A stretch of DNA of 64,000 nucleotides, taken from positions 403,599-467,598 of the forward strand of contig JAUIFF010000001.1 of assembly GCA_030429545.1 (NCBI GenBank), read 5' to 3'. The notes beneath the pieces were generated by a model that ran no database searches, was not told the origin of the DNA, and saw only the letters and a list, made by a program, of their open reading frames with translations. Shown here piece by piece: positions 20,488 to 30,234 of the stretch. A program made the translations under genes and the position numbers. Origin of the DNA: Polyangia bacterium. GTDB taxonomy: Bacteria; Myxococcota_A; Polyangia; Nannocystales; Nannocystaceae. Within the stretch, counting starts at the first letter, position 1; each line of letters opens with the position of its first letter.

Positions 20488-21543
20488 ATGCCACCGGTCA
20501 CCATCGCGGTCGACGCGTTTGGCGGAGACCGATGTCCGCAGACCGAAGTCGCGGCAGCTGTCCAGGCTGCCCGCGAAGGTTTGGGGATCCTCCTCGTCGG
20601 TGACGAAGTCCGAGTCCGTGCCGAACTCGACAAAGTCGGTGCACCTACAACCTCAACCCTGGAAATTGTCCACGCGCCCGACATCATTACGATGGAGGAC
20701 TCGCCGTCGAAGGCAATTCGCCAAAAAACCGAGGCCTCGATGCCGGTGTGCTTTGACCTGGTCAAACAGGGCAGAGCCCAGGCCGTGGTCTCGGCCGGCA
20801 ATTCCGGGGCCATGCTCGCCTGCGGGTTGTTCAAGTACCGCCGCCTCAAGGGCGTCGACCGTCCAGCGATCGTCACCAGCTTTCCCAATGCCAAGGATGC
20901 GGTCGTGCTGCTCGACATGGGTGCCAATGTCGATTGCAAGCCGATCAACTTAGTGCAGTTTGCGGTGATGGGGGCCGTCTACGCCTCGGTTTATCACCGC
21001 AAGTCCAAACCGGTGGTCGGGGTGTTGTCCAACGGCAGCGAAGACGGCAAGGGTAGCGAACTCACACGCGTGGTTCACAACGTGCTTAAGCAAGGTGAAC
21101 CACAGGGGTTTGAGTACGCCGGCTACATCGAGGGCAAGGATATTTTTCGCGGCGAGATCGATGTGGTCGTCACCGACGGATTTACCGGCAATATCGTGCT
21201 GAAAACAGCCGAAGGCACGGCCTCGGCGGTTGCCGGGTTTTTGCGCGAAGCGATCGACGAGGCTCCGGTGGTGAGCAAAGTCGGGGCGCTGCTCATGAAG
21301 CCGGCCTTCGCCGCACTCAAACGCCGGATCGATCCCGACACCTACGGCGGGGCACCCCTGCTCGGGGTCAACGGGATCGCCATGATCTGTCACGGCAGCG
21401 CCAGCGAACGGGCGATCCTCAACGGGATCCGCGGGGCCCATCGGTTTGCTCGCGAGGGCCTCACGCCCGGACTTATCGACGCCCTTTCGCTCAACCGCGA
21501 CCTGGCGACGGCTGCCCGCGAACACGAGTCTGCGGCCCGGTAA
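20488..21543 (+). CDS. plsX: Phosphate acyltransferase PlsX
   Basis: MPPVTIAVDAFGGD..., full-length PlsX architecture, 351 aa. Confidence 0.95.
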   Translation: MPPVTIAVDAFGGDRCPQTEVAAAVQAAREGLGILLVGDEVRVRAELDKVGAPTTSTLEIVHAPDIITMEDSPSKAIRQKTEASMPVCFDLVKQGRAQAVVSAGNSGAMLACGLFKYRRLKGVDRPAIVTSFPNAKDAVVLLDMGANVDCKPINLVQFAVMGAVYASVYHRKSKPVVGVLSNGSEDGKGSELTRVVHNVLKQGEPQGFEYAGYIEGKDIFRGEIDVVVTDGFTGNIVLKTAEGTASAVAGFLREAIDEAPVVSKVGALLMKPAFAALKRRIDPDTYGGAPLLGVNGIAMICHGSASERAILNGIRGAHRFAREGLTPGLIDALSLNRDLATAAREHESAAR

Positions 21544-21644
21544 CGTGTAGATACATCCGCTGCATCCGAGCGGTTCGGCGACGCGAGGTTTACCACCTTC
21601 GCTCGTCCACGGCAGTCGGGAAAATTCCGCTACCCTGCAGCGAG

Positions 21645-22598
21645 ATGCAAGCGAACAGCAAAATCGCGTGGATGTTTCCGGGGCAGGGGAGCCAGCAGGT
21701 CGGGATGGGAAAGGCCCTGTCCGAGACCTATGCAGTTGCCCGTGAGACTTTTGCCGAGGCCGACGAGGCCCTTGGTGAGTCGCTGTCGCAGCTGTGCTTT
21801 GCCGGCGATCCGGCCACGCTGGCGCTGACAGCCAATACCCAACCGGCGATCCTGACCTGTAGTGTGGCCGCGCTGCGTGTGTTGCAGGTACAACGACCGG
21901 ATCTACAACCCCAGGTTTGCTTGGGTCATTCACTCGGGGAGTTTTCGGCACTTGTCGCTGCCGGTGCCCTGGGGTTTGCCGATGCTGTCCGCCTTGTTCG
22001 CCTCCGCGGCCAGGCCATGCAAGAGGCGGTCGCCCCGGGTGTTGGGGCGATGGCAGCGATTTTGCGAGTTTCGGCCGACGACCTCGAAAAGCTGTGTGCC
22101 GAGGCGTCGTCGTCCTCTGAGATGGTGGCGATCGCCAACGAAAATGGTGGTGGCCAACTCGTGGTCGCCGGTCACCAAAAGGCCGTCGAGCGGCTGTGCG
22201 AGGCGGTCAAGGTTGCCAAGGGGCGGGCCATCGCACTCGATGTATCTGCACCGTTTCACTGCTCGCTGATGCAACCGGCCGCCGACCGCCTCGCCCAGGC
22301 CCTCGGCGATATCGAGGTCAGCCCGCTCAAGGTCCCGGTGATCGCCAATGTCGACGCCGAACCAAACGCGGCGCATGAGCGGGTCAAGGAATTGCTTGTT
22401 GCCCAGGTGACCGGCCGCGTGCGTTGGGAAGCTTCGGTTCAAAAAGCCGTTGCGATTGGGGTTACCCACGGGATTGAACTCGGTCACGGCAAGGTGCTCG
22501 CCGGGCTGTGTCGGCGGATCGATCGCAGCCTCAAGGTCACGCCGCTGGGCCAGCCAGCCGACGTGCAAACACTCGAGCAGATTTTTCCGCCGGCCTAG
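21645..22598 (+). CDS. fabD: Malonyl-CoA:ACP transacylase
   Basis: [16 protein letters not shown] and [14 protein letters not shown] active-site Ser motif. Confidence 0.95.
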   Translation: MQANSKIAWMFPGQGSQQVGMGKALSETYAVARETFAEADEALGESLSQLCFAGDPATLALTANTQPAILTCSVAALRVLQVQRPDLQPQVCLGHSLGEFSALVAAGALGFADAVRLVRLRGQAMQEAVAPGVGAMAAILRVSADDLEKLCAEASSSSEMVAIANENGGGQLVVAGHQKAVERLCEAVKVAKGRAIALDVSAPFHCSLMQPAADRLAQALGDIEVSPLKVPVIANVDAEPNAAHERVKELLVAQVTGRVRWEASVQKAVAIGVTHGIELGHGKVLAGLCRRIDRSLKVTPLGQPADVQTLEQIFPPA

Positions 22599-22830
22599 CG
22601 AGCGACGTGGCCGCAACTGCGGTGTTGAGAAGCGAGAAGTACGCCCAGTGCGCGTGCATGTAGCGGTCGCCGAAACTCGCAGAGATATTTGTGTCGGTGC
22701 GACGCGAGAATCACCACGCTCTACACAACTGCTAATTCCGTTTCGATCCTGCAATTCAGGACATACCTGATTGCCGCCTGCGGAAATCCCCGGCAGACAA
22801 CTTTATAAAGCTCACGTCGGGAGGGCACCT

Positions 22831-22848
22831 CAGTGCACGCGTGCACTG
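22831..22848. promoter_or_regulatory. Perfect 18-bp palindrome CAGTGCACGCGTGCACTG in the fabD-acpP spacer
   Basis: Seen directly; self-complementary; lies ~310 bp upstream of acpP in a 557 bp non-coding gap. Confidence 0.3.
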
Positions 22849-23156
22849 GCATGCACGGATTTTTTTGCCGCGCTACAAAATCGGTGGAACAGCCACACAG
22901 TTGCCACAAGCGGCAGGTTCGGTGTCGTTCGACATCGGCGTGTGGCGATGGTGAGAAGCGGGTTTTGTGCACGCCGAATGCCCGTGTTCGATCGCAAGGT
23001 CCAATCCCGCGAGCTGTCGCTCCGATCTCACCGTGACCTAGCGGCAACCGCCAACCGTTCCCCCGTCGCCATCGATATGCTATTGGACTGCCCGCTGCGA
23101 GAGGCAGTGTTGTGAGGCCCGCCGCCTTCGGAAGGTGGGGAGGAGAGCAGCCAATC

Positions 23157-23396
23157 ATGTCGACCAACGAAGAAGTAAGAGAGATCATCGCCGAGCAACT
23201 CGACGTCTCGGTTGAAGATGTGACCAAGGACAAATCGTTTACCGACGACCTCGGAGCCGACTCGTTGGCCATTGTCGAGCTGGTCCTGGCTTTCGAAGAG
23301 AAGTTCGATTTCAAGATTCCCGACGACGAAGTCGACAAGCTTCGCACCGTCGGCGACGCGTACAAGTACATCGAAGAACACCGCAAAGACCAATAG
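23157..23396 (+). CDS. acpP: Acyl carrier protein
   Basis: MSTNEEVREIIAEQLDV...DLGADSLAIVELV (phosphopantetheine Ser in DSL); GGAGGAGAG SD upstream of ATG 23157. Confidence 0.95.
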   Translation: MSTNEEVREIIAEQLDVSVEDVTKDKSFTDDLGADSLAIVELVLAFEEKFDFKIPDDEVDKLRTVGDAYKYIEEHRKDQ

Positions 23397-23469
23397 GTCC
23401 CCGCGGCGTCCGTGCCACAATCTCGATATTGTGGCCCCAGTTCTCCCGCAAAAAGCGTGAGGAGACCCA

Positions 23470-24714
23470 ATGTCATCTCGAAGAGTTGTCGTCACGGGCC
23501 TCGGTCTGGTCACCCCACTCGGGGTCGGCACGGACGCAACCTGGAAGAGCCTCCAAGCAGGTTCCTCCGGGATCGGTCCAATCACCCAATTTGATGCCAC
23601 CGACTTTCCGGCCAAAATCGCCGGAGAGGTCGGTGACTTTTATCCGTCTCCGTGGCTGGGTAAACGCGAGCTCCGGCAGATGGACCGGTTTATCCAGTTT
23701 GGGGTCGCCGCCGCGGCAATGGCCTGCGAGGAGGCCGGGATCGTCGAAGGTAGTGTCGAGGCCGAGCGCTTTGGCGTCTACGTCGGTGCCGGTATGGGTG
23801 GCCTTTCGATGATCGAAAAAACGGTCCTCGATATCGAGACCAAGGGGCCGCGACGGGCCGTGAGTCCGTATTTTGTCCCGGCGATCATCATCAACCTGGC
23901 CCCCGGTCAAATTGCGATTCGCCACAACTGTAAGGGGCCAAATCTCTCGCATGTCTCGGCGTGTTCGACAGGTGCCCACTCGGTCGGCGAGGCGTTTCGC
24001 GTGATCGCCCGCGGGGATGCCGATGTCATGATCGCCGGTGGCACCGAATCGGTTGTCAACAAGGCGGCGATCGGTGGGTTTTGTGCGGCACGTGCCCTGT
24101 CCAATCGCAACGACGAGCCGACCAAGGCATCTCGCCCGTTCGACCGCGACCGCGATGGTTTTGTGTTGAGCGAGGGGGCGGGGCTGTTGGTACTCGAAGA
24201 GCTCGAGCACGCCCGCGCCCGCGGTGCCACGATCTTGGCCGAGGTCGCCGGCTACGGGCTCAACTGCGATGCCCACCACATGACCTCGCCCTCCGTCGGT
24301 GGAGAAGGTGCGAGCCGGTGTATGCGACTGGCCCTGGCGGATGCCGGGGTGGCCCCCGAGGCGGTCGGCTATCTCAACGCCCACGGCACCTCGACGGTTG
24401 CAGATACAATCGAAACCCTGGCCATCAAAAATGTGTTTGGCAAGCACGCCCACAACGGGTTGGCAGTGTCGTCGACCAAGTCGATGCATGGGCACCTATT
24501 GGGCGCCGCCGGCGGGCTCGAAGCCGCGATCGCAGTGCTTGCCCTGCATCACGCAGTGTTGCCGCCCACCATCAATCTCGACAATCCCGACGAGGGTTGC
24601 GACCTCGACTACGTGCCCCACACCGCACGCAGCCAACAGGTTGAATATGCAATGTCCAACAGCTTCGGGTTTGGTGGCACCAACGCAACCCTGCTGTTTC
24701 GGAGCGCACCATGA
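23470..24714 (+). CDS. fabF: 3-oxoacyl-ACP synthase II
   Basis: [15 protein letters not shown]; active-site Cys in SACSTGAHS; C-terminal [11 protein letters not shown] / [11 protein letters not shown] His-His motifs; 414 aa. Confidence 0.95.
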   Translation: MSSRRVVVTGLGLVTPLGVGTDATWKSLQAGSSGIGPITQFDATDFPAKIAGEVGDFYPSPWLGKRELRQMDRFIQFGVAAAAMACEEAGIVEGSVEAERFGVYVGAGMGGLSMIEKTVLDIETKGPRRAVSPYFVPAIIINLAPGQIAIRHNCKGPNLSHVSACSTGAHSVGEAFRVIARGDADVMIAGGTESVVNKAAIGGFCAARALSNRNDEPTKASRPFDRDRDGFVLSEGAGLLVLEELEHARARGATILAEVAGYGLNCDAHHMTSPSVGGEGASRCMRLALADAGVAPEAVGYLNAHGTSTVADTIETLAIKNVFGKHAHNGLAVSSTKSMHGHLLGAAGGLEAAIAVLALHHAVLPPTINLDNPDEGCDLDYVPHTARSQQVEYAMSNSFGFGGTNATLLFRSAP

Positions 24715-25145
24715 GCCGATGGATCGTCGGCAGCGACCACGGTGGCGTCGAGCTACGCTCCTTGGTCGCCGACGACCTGCGGGCGCTCGGCCACGAGGTC
24801 GAGGTCATCGGCCCGGCACCAGGAGCCGGCTCAGTCGACTATCCCGATGTCGCCAAACAGGTGTGTGCCGATGTCCTCGACAACGCCGGGAGCTTTGGCG
24901 TGCTGGTGTGTGGCACCGGGCAGGGCATGGCGATCAGCGCCAACAAGGTGCCTGGGATCCGCGCAGCCGTGGTCAGCGATGTGTTTAGCGCCCGGATGGC
25001 GCGGGCCCACAACAACGCCAATGTCCTGTGCCTGGGCCAACGTGTCCTCGGGACCGAGCTCGCTCGCGAATTGCTCAAGGTGTTTGTCGCCAGCGAGTTT
25101 GAGGGCGGACGCCACGCCCGGCGGGTCGGAAAAATCGAGGGCTAA
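24711..25145 (+). CDS. rpiB: Ribose-5-phosphate isomerase B (RpiB/LacAB family)
   Basis: [12 protein letters not shown]...[22 protein letters not shown]; 144 aa. Confidence 0.85.
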   Translation: MSRWIVGSDHGGVELRSLVADDLRALGHEVEVIGPAPGAGSVDYPDVAKQVCADVLDNAGSFGVLVCGTGQGMAISANKVPGIRAAVVSDVFSARMARAHNNANVLCLGQRVLGTELARELLKVFVASEFEGGRHARRVGKIEG

Positions 25146-25322
25146 ACCGCAGTCGCTCGCGTGGTCGCGGCGGGTCGATAAAATCGAGGGCGAAAGCCCT
25201 GCAAAGGTTCGCCGACCGACACGCGCTGTCGCTCGCTTGATCGCAGACGTATGAGCCGTCGTAGATCACGCACCCGTGGTACAACTTCGCAACGGCCCAA
25301 GGGCCGTCTCAGGACCCTCGCC

Positions 25323-25895
25323 GTGCGTTGCCCCGTTTGCCAAGGCCAAAGCACCAAGGTGCTCGACTCCCGCGACAGTGGCGAAGCAATTCGTCGCCGC
25401 CGTCGCTGCCAGGCATGCGGGCATCGGTTCACCACGCGCGAGCGGATCGAGACTTCGGTGCCGGTGGTCACCAAACGCAATGGCAAAAAACAGCCGTTTG
25501 ACCGCAACAAGGTGCTCGCCGGGCTCAAACTCGCCTGTCGCAAACGGCCCATACCCGACGCCAAACTCGAGGAAATCGCCACCCAGGTCGAACACTGGTC
25601 GGCGACCCGGCCCGAGAGCACCGTGACGTCGCAGGCGATAGGGGATCGCATCATGCACCACCTGTACAGCCTCGACCAAGTCGCCTACGTCCGGTTTGCC
25701 TCGGTCTATCGCAGCTTTGACACGGTCGACGGGTTTGAGGTGTTGCTGCGGGAGATCGCCAAGGCCCAGCAGGTTTCGATTGAAGGTCAGCGCACGTTGT
25801 TTGAACCCGAGCCCGCCACAGCCCAGACAGCGGCGACCAAGTCTCAAAGCAAGCGGCGAAAGCCCACGGACAAGGGCGTTCCCAAACCGAGTTGA
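25323..25895 (+). CDS. nrdR: Transcriptional repressor NrdR (Zn-ribbon + ATP-cone)
   Basis: V(M)RCPVCQG...RRRRCQACGHRFTTRE zinc ribbon then ATP-cone. GTG at 25323 gives the canonical MxCPxC N-terminus; the track's ATG at 25251 would add an Arg-rich 24-aa extension. Confidence 0.8.
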   Translation: MRCPVCQGQSTKVLDSRDSGEAIRRRRRCQACGHRFTTRERIETSVPVVTKRNGKKQPFDRNKVLAGLKLACRKRPIPDAKLEEIATQVEHWSATRPESTVTSQAIGDRIMHHLYSLDQVAYVRFASVYRSFDTVDGFEVLLREIAKAQQVSIEGQRTLFEPEPATAQTAATKSQSKRRKPTDKGVPKPS

Positions 25896-25919
25896 GCCGG
25901 GCAAACTGGCGCCGTCGAT

Positions 25920-27017
25920 ATGCACGACACCGACGCAAACTTTATGGGGTTGGCCCTGCGGTTGGCCCGTGGCGGTACCGGGGCGACCTATCCCAACCCT
26001 TGCGTCGGGGCTGTCGTCGTCAAGAACGGGCGCGTGGTTGGCAGTGCGTGCAGCGATCGCACCGGGGGGCCACACGCCGAAGTTCGGGCCTTGCGTGCTG
26101 CCGGTGGCGAGGCCGAGGGCGCGACGGTGTATGTCACCTTGGAGCCGTGCTCCCACACGGGTCGTACTCCGCCGTGTACCGATGCCCTCAAAGCCGCGGG
26201 TGTCCGCGAAGTTGTGTGGGGCGTGGACGATCCGGCCCCCCACGCGAGCGGCCGCGCTGTCGCCCAGTTGCAGGCCGCGGGCATCTCGGTGCGCAACGGG
26301 GTCATGCGCGAGCACTGCGCAAAGGCCCACGAGCACTACATCTTTCACGAGACCACGGGTCGGCCGTTTGTCACCCTCAAGTCGGCGCTGTCGCTCGATG
26401 GCCGGGTCGCCTGTCCGACCGGCGACAGCCGCTGGATCACCGGGATTGAGTCGCGGCGATACGTCCACCAGATGCGTGCCCAGCATCATGCGATCGCCGT
26501 CGGCGTTGGGACTGTGGTGCACGACAACCCGCAACTCACGGTCCGCCATGTCGAGGGCGTCGATCCGATTCCGGTGGTGTTCGACAGCCGACTGCGGATG
26601 CTCGAGTTGGCAAAGCCACCACTGCTGACGCCACGAGCCCTGGTCTTGCACACCGACGCCGCGCCCGGAGCGTTGCGCACAAAGCTCGCAGATTTAGGTG
26701 GTATCGGGATTTGTTGTGCCGCCGACAACGGTGGGCAGGTCAGCATCGACAGTGCCCTGGCCGAGCTCGGCGCCCGCGGGATCCGGTCGCTGATGATCGA
26801 GGGCGGCGGGCAGCTGACCGCGAGTTTTGTGGCCTCGCGTCGCTGGCAACGCTGGTGCCTGTTTCACGCCCCGTTGGTGTTGGGCGAGGGCATGCCGCTA
26901 CTGCCCGGGCTGTCGTGGCCAAGCGTTGAACAAGCGCCGCACTTCACTGTGGTGGGCCGCGAAACCCTCGGGGTCGACTTGCTGTCGATCGTCGAGCCAG
27001 TGCCGACAAAAACCTAG
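25920..27017 (+). CDS. ribD: Bifunctional riboflavin biosynthesis deaminase/reductase RibD
   Basis: FMGLAL...NPCVGAVVV...HAEVRAL...TLEPCSHTGRTPPC deaminase zinc motif; C-terminal reductase domain. Confidence 0.9.
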   Translation: MHDTDANFMGLALRLARGGTGATYPNPCVGAVVVKNGRVVGSACSDRTGGPHAEVRALRAAGGEAEGATVYVTLEPCSHTGRTPPCTDALKAAGVREVVWGVDDPAPHASGRAVAQLQAAGISVRNGVMREHCAKAHEHYIFHETTGRPFVTLKSALSLDGRVACPTGDSRWITGIESRRYVHQMRAQHHAIAVGVGTVVHDNPQLTVRHVEGVDPIPVVFDSRLRMLELAKPPLLTPRALVLHTDAAPGALRTKLADLGGIGICCAADNGGQVSIDSALAELGARGIRSLMIEGGGQLTASFVASRRWQRWCLFHAPLVLGEGMPLLPGLSWPSVEQAPHFTVVGRETLGVDLLSIVEPVPTKT

Positions 27018-27134
27018 CGGTTGCCAGCTCACATCTCGCCCGCCGGCGAAACTCACTTGTGTGGCCGCAGCGGTGTCGGCGACGCGAGAAAAACCACCGA
27101 ATCCGCCAGTCGATCTGTGCCATAACCGCAGCCG

Positions 27135-27800
27135 ATGTTCACCGGATTGGTGCAGCAAGTCGGAACCGTTCGTCAGATTCTCGCCAAGGACGCCTGCAAG
27201 CAGTTTGTCGTGGCCGCCAACCTCGATGCGCGCGACCGAATCCTCGGGGCGAGCGTCGCCATCTCCGGCGTGTGCCTCACGGTCACCGATTCGGACGAGC
27301 AGTCGTTCACGGTCGATGCCGCGTTCGAGACCCTGGCTGTGACCACGCTCGGGCGCTACGCCCCGGGGCGACGGGTCAACTTGGAGCCTGCCCTGCGGGT
27401 TGGCGACGCCCTAGGTGGGCACCTGGTTTCCGGCCATGTCGACGGGATCGGGACCTTGCGCGCATCGATCCCCCGGGGTGACGCGACCGAGTTGTGGTTT
27501 GACACCCCGCGCGAGCTACTCAAGTACATCGCCGCCAAGGGCTCGATCTGCATCGATGGGATCAGCCTGACGGTCAACGGCGTCGACGAGCGTGGGTTTT
27601 GCGTGGGCATCATCCCGCACACGTGGACCGCCACGACCCTCGCCGACCGCCGCGTTGGCGACCCGGTCAACCTCGAAGTCGACCTCCTCGCCCGCTACGT
27701 CGCCCGACTGCTGGAAGTCGGTCAGGACACGCCGGGCATCACCACCGAAGGACTGCTGCGCGCGGGGTTTGTGCCCGCGACCAAGGGAGCCACACCATGA
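27135..27800 (+). CDS. ribE: Riboflavin synthase alpha subunit
   Basis: MFTGLVQQVGTV..., duplicated lumazine-binding halves (GVCLTV / GISLTV). Confidence 0.9.
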   Translation: MFTGLVQQVGTVRQILAKDACKQFVVAANLDARDRILGASVAISGVCLTVTDSDEQSFTVDAAFETLAVTTLGRYAPGRRVNLEPALRVGDALGGHLVSGHVDGIGTLRASIPRGDATELWFDTPRELLKYIAAKGSICIDGISLTVNGVDERGFCVGIIPHTWTATTLADRRVGDPVNLEVDLLARYVARLLEVGQDTPGITTEGLLRAGFVPATKGATP

Positions 27801-28948
27801 TGGACCAACAACGCCAAGAACATGTCGAGCGCTGCATTGCCCGGATCCGCGAGGGCGGCATGTTGATTCTGGTCGACGACGAAGATCGCGAGAACGAGGG
27901 CGACCTGGTGATCGCGGCCGAGCACTGCAACGCTGCCCACGTCAACTTTATGTGCCGCGAGGGCCGGGGCCTGGTGTGCCTCGCACTCACGCCCGAGCGC
28001 GTCGAAGAGCTCGGTTTGCGGATGATGGTCCCGACCGATCGCGGGCACATGGGCACCGCATTTACGGTTTCGATCGAGGCCAAAGAAGGTGTCACCACGG
28101 GTATCTCGGCAGCTGATCGGGCCGAGACCATCCGCGTGGCCTCCGATGAGCGCTACGGTGCCAGCGACATCGTCAGCCCCGGCCACATCTTTCCGCTGCG
28201 GGCCCAACCCGGCGGGGTGTTGGTCCGCTCGGGCCACACCGAAGGCTCGATCGACCTCGCACGCCTGGCCGGTTTGCGCTCGGCCGGCGTGATTTGCGAG
28301 ATCATGCGGGACGACGGCGAGATGGCGCGGATGGACGACTTAGAAAAGTTCGCAGCCACCCACGACATGCCGATCTTGACGATCGCCGACCTCATTCAAT
28401 ACCGGTTGCAACGCGAGAGCCTGGTCGAAAGAGTCTCGAGCCGTCCGTTTGCCTCAACGCGCCTCGGTATCGAAGCTGGTCGCGGTTGGACGCTACACAC
28501 GTTTCGTTCGCGGGTTGAGCCCACGAGTCACTTTGTGATCCTGTGTCTCGGCGATTTGGAGCAGGCCGCAAGCGACGAGCCGATCCTCATCCGCGCCCAA
28601 CGGGCCCAGGTTGTCGGCGACGTGTTTGGCCTCGAAGGCGAGGACACTGGCGCCAGGATCCGGGCGTCGCTTCGCCAGATCGACCGTGCCGGCCGCGGGT
28701 GCTTTTTGTATGTGTTGGGCCACAAGGTCAACTGCTTCGAGGGGCTGTTGACCGACAAAGAAACCGACCCCAAACCCGGACTCAAGCCGGCCGAGGCAGG
28801 GTTTCGCGAGTTTGGCCTCGGAGCCCAGGTGCTCTACCGCCTAGGCCTGCGAAGGATCCGGGTGATGACCAACCATCCGCGCAAGATCGTCGGGCTCGAG
28901 GGTTTTGGCATTGAGACTGTTGGGACTGTGCCGCTGGAGGATGCATGA
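27797..28948 (+). CDS. ribBA: Bifunctional 3,4-dihydroxy-2-butanone-4-phosphate synthase / GTP cyclohydrolase II-like protein (GCHII domain apparently lacks Zn-binding cysteines)
   Basis: ATGATG overlapping ribE stop; DHBP synthase motifs (RENEGDLV, HTEGS); C-terminal domain aligns to RibA but shows no CxxC..C zinc motif. Confidence 0.8.
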   Translation: MMDQQRQEHVERCIARIREGGMLILVDDEDRENEGDLVIAAEHCNAAHVNFMCREGRGLVCLALTPERVEELGLRMMVPTDRGHMGTAFTVSIEAKEGVTTGISAADRAETIRVASDERYGASDIVSPGHIFPLRAQPGGVLVRSGHTEGSIDLARLAGLRSAGVICEIMRDDGEMARMDDLEKFAATHDMPILTIADLIQYRLQRESLVERVSSRPFASTRLGIEAGRGWTLHTFRSRVEPTSHFVILCLGDLEQAASDEPILIRAQRAQVVGDVFGLEGEDTGARIRASLRQIDRAGRGCFLYVLGHKVNCFEGLLTDKETDPKPGLKPAEAGFREFGLGAQVLYRLGLRRIRVMTNHPRKIVGLEGFGIETVGTVPLEDA

Positions 28949-30234
28949 GTCGACCCGCGCGGGTGTTGCTTGTCGTTGCGGGCGGGATTGCGGCCTACAA
29001 GGCGCCGTTTGTCGTCCGCGCACTCAAGGGTGCAGGCCTCGACGTCCGCGTGGTGACAACCCCAGCTGCCCAGGCGTTTGTCACCGAGCTGTCGCTGTCG
29101 AGTGTCTCGGGTTACCCGGTGCGCAGCCAGTTGTTAGACGCCTCGGCCGAGGGGCAAATCGGCCACATCGAACTCGCCGATTGGCCCGACCTGGTACTCG
29201 TTGCACCTGCAACAGCTGACCTGATTGCCCGGGCGGCCCACGGGCGGGCGAACGACCTTGCCAGTTGTGTGTTGTTGGCCACCCGCGCCCCGGTCTTGTG
29301 GGCGCCGGCGATGAACACCAACATGTGGGAGCACCCGGCGACCCAGCAAAACCTGGCGACCCTGCGAACGCGCGGCGCAGCGTTTGTCGGGCCAGATGCC
29401 GGGGAGCTCGCCTGTGGTTGGGTCGGCAAGGGGCGGATGATCGACCCACCGATCATCGTCGCCGCCGCCCAGCGAATACTTGCACAGGCAACAAACCATC
29501 CACTCGCCGGCAAGCGTGTTTTGGTCTCCGCCGGACCAACCCGGACCTACCTCGACCCGGTGCGGTTTTTGTCGAACGCATCGACCGGGGTGATGGGCTT
29601 TGCCCTCGCCGAAGCTGCGGCCCGAGCTGGGGCCGAAGTGACGCTCGTCGCCGGTCCGGTGGCGTTGGCAACTCCCCACGGTGTTTCGCGGGTCGATGTC
29701 GAAACCGCGGCCGAGATGCTCACCGCGATGCAAACTCATCTCGGGCAGCAGACAACCGACTTGGCAACCGATTTGGCAACCGACTTGGTCGCCATGGTCG
29801 CGGCCGTCGGTGACCTCGAGGTGGCCAATCCCTCGCAGGCAAAACACACCAAGGCCGAGCTGGTCGAAGCCATGGGGCGGGCGAGCTGGCAACGGGCCCC
29901 CGATGTGGTCGCCACACTTGCGAGCGAGCACCGCCCGCGGACCAAGTTTTTAGCCTTTGCCGCCCAAACCGTTGGCCCCGAGTGCGAGGATGTCGACGCC
30001 GAACTGATCGCCCTTGGGACTGCCAAAATGCAGCGTAAGGGGGTCGACGCGTTATTTGTCAATCGCGTGGGTGTGCCCGGGCTCGGGTTTGCCAGCCACA
30101 CCAACGCCGGCCACCTGTTGATCGCCCGCGAGTCGATGCAGGTACATCCATCCGGGGAGCCGCGGCCCAAGCCCGAGCTCGCCACCTGGATGCTCGACAA
30201 GCTCTCCGCCGGGTTGTGGGGAGCCGATGCCTGA
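28945..30234 (+). CDS. coaBC: Bifunctional phosphopantothenoylcysteine decarboxylase / phosphopantothenate-cysteine ligase
   Basis: N-terminal flavoprotein domain (VAGGIAAYK) and C-terminal CoaB domain; 429 aa. Confidence 0.9.
   Translation: MSRPARVLLVVAGGIAAYKAPFVVRALKGAGLDVRVVTTPAAQAFVTELSLSSVSGYPVRSQLLDASAEGQIGHIELADWPDLVLVAPATADLIARAAHGRANDLASCVLLATRAPVLWAPAMNTNMWEHPATQQNLATLRTRGAAFVGPDAGELACGWVGKGRMIDPPIIVAAAQRILAQATNHPLAGKRVLVSAGPTRTYLDPVRFLSNASTGVMGFALAEAAARAGAEVTLVAGPVALATPHGVSRVDVETAAEMLTAMQTHLGQQTTDLATDLATDLVAMVAAVGDLEVANPSQAKHTKAELVEAMGRASWQRAPDVVATLASEHRPRTKFLAFAAQTVGPECEDVDAELIALGTAKMQRKGVDALFVNRVGVPGLGFASHTNAGHLLIARESMQVHPSGEPRPKPELATWMLDKLSAGLWGADA

Noticed and set aside
22771-23115. 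114-aa ORF in the fabD-acpP spacer
   Set aside because: No ribosome-binding site, Cys/Arg-rich composition, and it overlaps the 18-bp palindrome. It is treated as non-coding regulatory DNA.
25896-27134. FMN riboswitch (RFN element) upstream of rib genes
   Set aside because: nrdR-ribD spacing is only 24 nt, and the ribD-ribE spacer (117 nt) lacks the conserved RFN helices. It contains the dispersed GGCGACGCGAGAAAAACCAC motif instead.
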